Of a stretch of DNA of 57,837 bases, positions 53,921-57,837 are shown in pieces (positions within the stretch are counted from its first letter, which is position 1; every line of letters starts with the position of its first letter). Under the pieces are notes generated by a model. It was not told the DNA's origin. It searched no databases and worked only from the letters and a program-made list of their open reading frames with translations. Position numbers and translations under genes: made by a program. Where the stretch lies: IMG/VR virus record IMGVR_UViG_3300022745_000038, positions 1-57,837 of that record. One strand, written 5' to 3'. This stretch comes from a virus (lineage: Duplodnaviria > Caudoviricetes).

Positions 53921-54739
53921 CTACACCGACTGCATCAGATTGACAAGTGCTCTCACCCCCATTCTGCGGTGCATGTCGTTCGCATCCTCGCCCTCAAGCG
54001 GGGACATCACCCACGGCCGGCCGATTTTCTCTGCCGCTTCCTGCCCGCGCCGGCTCTCGTCATGATCGGCGAAGACCTTGGCGTCGCTGAAGTATGGCGC
54101 TACGTGCTCCATGTTGCCGGCAGAGAAGCAGACGATGACCTGCGTCGGCAGCATCATCGACTCTGCGGCCGCGCGAATCGACAGGCCCGTGGCGTAGCCT
54201 TCGCACAACCACTTCGATCGCACCGCCTTGCGGGGGCCCATGACGTGAACAGCGCCCTTGGCACGACCGCCCGGGAGGAACTTCTTGCCCCCGTCCTTGG
54301 CGATCCGCTGGACGTTGATCAGGTCGTCTGTCCGATGGTCCCGCATCGGGACGAGAAGAACATCGTCAAGGACGAACCCTGTAGCCTTCTGGAGGCCCTT
54401 GGCGACGAGATAGGCGTGCCCGGCCAGTTCGGCCTCTCCCATCATCCTGCGCGCCTCAGCGGCCGCCTGAGCGTGCTGGCGGGCCATTTTCTCGGCCTTC
54501 GCCCGCCGCTCCGCCACTGTGGCGGACCAGTCTGCCGGCGCGGCATCCTGGCCCTTCCACATCACGGGGGAATCCATGGTCGCCCAGTTCTGCGCCCAGC
54601 CAATGTTTCGTTCGAGCTTGTAGGCCCCGTTCCGGCGGTGCGCGTGATCTGCGGTCGGGACCCGGTGCCACGCGCCGTCTGCAATGAGTCGATCGATGAT
54701 CAGGCCATGCGCGAGCGCGAACGATCGGAAGTCGCTCAT
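53921..54739 (-). CDS. TOPRIM-domain DNA primase (TraC-like)
   Basis: HAYL..KG, LLVPM, KKFL.GG, CEGYATGLS, FSAGN, ADHD, DAND. Confidence 0.9.
   Translation of the reverse strand: MSDFRSFALAHGLIIDRLIADGAWHRVPTADHAHRRNGAYKLERNIGWAQNWATMDSPVMWKGQDAAPADWSATVAERRAKAEKMARQHAQAAAEARRMMGEAELAGHAYLVAKGLQKATGFVLDDVLLVPMRDHRTDDLINVQRIAKDGGKKFLPGGRAKGAVHVMGPRKAVRSKWLCEGYATGLSIRAAAESMMLPTQVIVCFSAGNMEHVAPYFSDAKVFADHDESRRGQEAAEKIGRPWVMSPLEGEDANDMHRRMGVRALVNLMQSV
54510..54526. repeat. 17-bp palindrome copy 16, encodes SATVAE in the primase linker
   Basis: TCCGCCACTGTGGCGGA. Confidence 0.95.
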
Positions 54740-57084
54740 GCCGCCCTCCGCGCTTTGCCGCGCGCCCAGCGGATTACGGCGGACTTGATATACGAGTAGA
54801 TGGCCGGATCAGGATGCGCTGCCGCGTGCGCCATCGAGTAGTCGCGAGGTGGCCAGTCGCCATAGATCGAGTGGTACTGCGCCTTTGCGAACCGCTCGGC
54901 CGATGACACGTCACCACGCTTCCAGTCGAGAGCCACCGCAGCGATCTCCTTCCAGGCGTAGAACTTGTTCTCCTGCCATGCGTGTTTGTTCTTCCGCTGG
55001 CCGATGTCCAGTTCGACCATGGTGCCGGCGACGTTCTCCACCATCGACAGCCGGGCCGGGCGCTCCCATCCGCAGGACGGGCACACTTTCGCCCCGCCAA
55101 GAGCATAGTGGCACGACGGGCAGGCGAACATCTCCCGCTCTTCCTCGGTCGGCTCCTTGCGCTCCTTGGCGTCGAGAGACTCCCCGGACAACTCCTGCAC
55201 GCCATGGGCGAACAGATCGATGGTGTCGTCGAAGAACCGGGCGAAATTGCCTGAGTGATCAAGCCACAGGGCGTACTCCTTGCCTTCGTGGGGCCGCATC
55301 ACCCGGCCCAACTGCTGGATGTGCGACGAGAACGACTTCCGGTAGGGGTGCGCGTCCACCCCACAGAGAATGTGCGTGGCATCGAACCCCTTGCCCAGCG
55401 CCACGCAGGAAATGAGCCCGACGATGTCACTGCCCGGGGCCTTGAAGTCCGCGATCAGTTGCGCGTTCTCTTCGTCCTTGTTGCGGTAGGACACCACCTG
55501 AAAGTTGTGGCCGGCAGCCTGAAACTGCCGCGCCAGTTCGATGCAATGATCCACCGTCGCGCCGAATACGATCGACGGAACCGGCCCGCCGAAGTGTTCC
55601 TGCGTCTTCGCAACCCACTCGGCAACCACGTCACCGACAATGGCCATTCCGCGCTCGGTCAGGGCCGCCTCGGTCCACTCACCGGTCGATGACACCTTGG
55701 CGCCGCGCATGTCGGCGGCAACCGCCAGATAGGGTCGGATCGGGGCGAGGTGTCCTTCCTCCACCAGTTGATCTGTCGTGGTGCAACTCACCACTTTGCT
55801 GAACAGGTCGCCGAGTCCCTTGGTGAAAGGCGTGGCGGTCAGGCCGACCACGAACACGTCAGGGTGCTCGCGCATGAATTCCGCAGTCGCCTTGAACGTG
55901 GTGTGGCAGTTGTGGACTAGCCTCCCATCAGCGAAGTAAGAAGGGTGCCCGGAGACGTGCAGGTTGTAGACAACCGCATCGCTTCCGCATTCTTCACGCG
56001 AAACACTGACCACCCTCTGGAACCAAGAAAGGCCGTCTTCCTCGCGTCCGCCTCCCGAACCTTCGTCGAATAGTGACTCCCCCCGTCTACCTCGATCGCC
56101 ACCATCATTGATGGACTCGCCAAGTCGATCTTGTAGTGCGACGGAAGCCCGCCCGCCCTCCTCTGCCCGGTCGGGACAATGAATTCTGCGCTCCAACCTT
56201 CCCCAAGAATCTGCAACAGCCGTTGCTGAGGAACGGAGAGAGGACTCCCATTCCCACCATGCACCTTTGGCTTGTGCCCAATCTTCCTCAACGTCGTCGA
56301 CATCTTCTGACGAACTTCTTGAGAGTGCATTGGGTTTTTCAATTTCTTGGCACAACTTTTGGAGCAGGTCACGCGCGCGACCCACACCACTCTTGATTCC
56401 GCCTGAACTGTTCCCCTGTGGTTTGGCCTGAACTGCGGCCTGTAAAGCACGCCACATTGCGGGCAAATCTTCGACTCTCGCAACGCGGTGACCTGCCAAC
56501 TCTCTCGCGGCGACCCATCCTCCATCCGTGAAGAACGGGTGCGAACCTGTGCAAACTGTTTCATGTCCATCCTCGAATGCGACGCGAACCATATCCCGTC
56601 GGCCTATGGGGGCGGCTACCGTTCCGCGAACAATCCCGCGTCCAACAGCGGTAAGAACGGCGTCTCCTGGCCTCACAGATTCTATAGCAACACCCCCGTC
56701 CGGGGTCATCACCTTCGTTCCAGCGACAAAGCACTCGTCCACAACCAGAAGATCAACCTGCTCCGGCCACCCGCGCCGGGCAACGGTCTGCGGGCTCGCC
56801 ACCTGGATGTACTCGTACCCGCGAGCGCGCCAGTGGTTGCCCTGGATCACCCCGTGTGGGATTCCGTACCGGTCGAGCGTTGCGCTGGTCTGGTCGATCA
56901 GGGAGATGCGATCGGCCATGAAGACGCCACGCCTCTTCCGTGACCAGCAGTTGTGCAGGAAGTGCGAGGCAACGACCGTTTTCCCTGCCCCGGTGGGCAG
57001 GTACAGCAGTTGATGCTTATCCGTGGGCGCGTTTGCCCGAAGCGTCGCTACGGCCTCTTCCTGATACGGTCTGAGTTCGACCAT
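54736..57084 (-). CDS. SF2 DNA helicase (DExH, RadD/YejH-like) with an intein
   Basis: LRPYQ, PTGAGKT, DE[intein]CH, GLTATP, KGFD, QQLGRVMR, Zn finger. Confidence 0.95.
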   Translation of the reverse strand: MVELRPYQEEAVATLRANAPTDKHQLLYLPTGAGKTVVASHFLHNCWSRKRRGVFMADRISLIDQTSATLDRYGIPHGVIQGNHWRARGYEYIQVASPQTVARRGWPEQVDLLVVDECFVAGTKVMTPDGGVAIESVRPGDAVLTAVGRGIVRGTVAAPIGRRDMVRVAFEDGHETVCTGSHPFFTDGGWVAARELAGHRVARVEDLPAMWRALQAAVQAKPQGNSSGGIKSGVGRARDLLQKLCQEIEKPNALSRSSSEDVDDVEEDWAQAKGAWWEWESSLRSSATAVADSWGRLERRIHCPDRAEEGGRASVALQDRLGESINDGGDRGRRGESLFDEGSGGGREEDGLSWFQRVVSVSREECGSDAVVYNLHVSGHPSYFADGRLVHNCHTTFKATAEFMREHPDVFVVGLTATPFTKGLGDLFSKVVSCTTTDQLVEEGHLAPIRPYLAVAADMRGAKVSSTGEWTEAALTERGMAIVGDVVAEWVAKTQEHFGGPVPSIVFGATVDHCIELARQFQAAGHNFQVVSYRNKDEENAQLIADFKAPGSDIVGLISCVALGKGFDATHILCGVDAHPYRKSFSSHIQQLGRVMRPHEGKEYALWLDHSGNFARFFDDTIDLFAHGVQELSGESLDAKERKEPTEEEREMFACPSCHYALGGAKVCPSCGWERPARLSMVENVAGTMVELDIGQRKNKHAWQENKFYAWKEIAAVALDWKRGDVSSAERFAKAQYHSIYGDWPPRDYSMAHAAAHPDPAIYSYIKSAVIRWARGKARRAA
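55909..56733 (-). mobile_element. Intein (275 aa) in the helicase DECH motif
   Basis: CFVAGTKV start, block B TGSHPF, end VYNLHVSGHPSYFADGRLVHN followed by Cys. Confidence 0.95.
55917..56564 (-). CDS. Zn-finger + DUF559/Vsr-like endonuclease in the +1 frame inside the helicase intein
   Basis: CPQC..CSKSC; KIDLA..AIEVDGGSH..D..K..FL..RGW.VFR; GAGG 6 nt before ATG 56564. Confidence 0.85.
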   Translation of the reverse strand: MKQFAQVRTRSSRMEDGSPRESWQVTALRESKICPQCGVLYRPQFRPNHRGTVQAESRVVWVARVTCSKSCAKKLKNPMHSQEVRQKMSTTLRKIGHKPKVHGGNGSPLSVPQQRLLQILGEGWSAEFIVPTGQRRAGGLPSHYKIDLASPSMMVAIEVDGGSHYSTKVREADARKTAFLGSRGWSVFRVKNAEAMRLSTTCTSPGTLLTSLMGG

Positions 57085-57837
57085 TCTGTCTTTCCTTCCT
57101 CTGAGCGTTCTTCAACTCCGTCGTGAGACGCGCAACCCGGTCCATAAGTTCATCTCGCGCCGCTTTGAGCGCACGATTTTCTGCGCGCAGGCGCTGCATC
57201 TCCTCGAACTGCTCATTGTCCTCGAACGCCTTCGCGCTCGCCGCGAGATCGGTCATGTCGGCCAGATGGTCCTGACACTCCTGATACTTGATGAGCAACT
57301 CCTCGTATTCCGGTCCGAGTGGGGACTTTTCCTTCGAGGGTGGCGCGAACGGGGCCTCAGCTTCACGCACTCCAACCTCGCCTTGGAGCACCTTGTCGGC
57401 CATCCCCTCACGCACCAAGCGCTGCGCTCGCTCCATGGTCCGCTTGCCGACGTCGGCAGCTTCCGCCAACTCCTCGACCGTGGCGGGATTTCGGTCCGCC
57501 ACAGTGGCGGACTTGGAAGTGATTGATTTTCCAGACTTCTCTGATCCGCCACTGTGGCGGACTGGTTCCGTCATGCCGGTAATTTCCGCGACCTTGACGA
57601 TGGCAACCGCGATCTGGGTCTTGTTCTGGTGCCGGCGGCGCGCGTTCTTCGATATGACCCAAAGTCCCGGCCTTTTGTCGGCGAAGTCCTCAAACCATGG
57701 CTCGACTCCAACCTCACGGCACGCCAGATACCGGTGCCACCCGTCAAGGATCATCCCCTCGTACATCGTGATCGGCTCCAGAAGGCCCTGGCTCTCTATG
57801 TCCGATGCCAGCGCTTTCAGTTCCGCGGGCGTCATGT
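57017..57837 (-). CDS. ParB/Srx N-terminal domain + HTH + coiled-coil protein (probably 5'-truncated)
   Basis: LASDI..GLLEPI..ILDGWHRYLAC..N.RRRH; HTH TVEELAEAADVGKRTMERA. Confidence 0.85.
   Translation of the reverse strand, partial: MTPAELKALASDIESQGLLEPITMYEGMILDGWHRYLACREVGVEPWFEDFADKRPGLWVISKNARRRHQNKTQIAVAIVKVAEITGMTEPVRHSGGSEKSGKSITSKSATVADRNPATVEELAEAADVGKRTMERAQRLVREGMADKVLQGEVGVREAEAPFAPPSKEKSPLGPEYEELLIKYQECQDHLADMTDLAASAKAFEDNEQFEEMQRLRAENRALKAARDELMDRVARLTTELKNAQRKERQNGRTQTVSGRGRSDASGKRAHG
57495..57511. repeat. 17-bp palindrome copy 17, SATVAD in the ParB-like gene
   Basis: gTCCGCCACAGTGGCGGAc. Confidence 0.95.
57545..57561. repeat. 17-bp palindrome copy 18, VRHSGG in the ParB-like gene
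   Basis: TCCGCCACTGTGGCGGA. Confidence 0.95.

Noticed and set aside
958-57561. Palindromes as a CRISPR array, REP/MITE elements or terminators
   Set aside because: They are not tandem with spacers, flanks are unrelated with no target duplications, most are intragenic, and the 1-nt centre with no U-tract does not fit a terminator.
1-57837. tRNA, rRNA, integrase, CI repressor, ParA, DNA or RNA polymerase genes
   Set aside because: None recognised by eye; they could lie outside the window, so lifestyle cannot be called.

Overview
The window is most of a GC-rich tailed-phage genome with podovirus-type architecture. It is cut inside genes at both ends. Modules: (1) 3-2786 (+): end of a recombination/replication arm (coiled-coil protein, SSB, MazG-like). 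(2) 45957-2853 (-): a long late arm with TerS, small accessory genes, GH19 endolysin, intein-containing TerL, portal, extra virion/membrane genes, scaffold, N4-gp56-type major capsid, adaptor/nozzle, tail spike, ejection proteins and a 3104-aa polyvalent protein. (3) 46233-50911 (+): small early genes behind four related promoters. (4) 57837-50829 (-): ParB-like protein, intein-containing SF2 helicase, TOPRIM primase and nin-like genes. Two observations stand out. First, a 17-bp palindrome TCCGCCAC(A/T)GTGGCGGA occurs at least 18 times genome-wide, mostly inside coding sequence and in different frames. Two copies lie inside the ParB-HTH gene, suggesting a phage ParB/parS-like or KorB-like site network. 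Second, both inteins show no recognisable in-frame endonuclease but hide one in another frame: an antisense HNH in TerL and a +1-frame DUF559/Vsr-like nuclease in the helicase. No tRNA, CRISPR array, integrase or ParA was seen. All family calls are from motif recognition by eye, not database searches.
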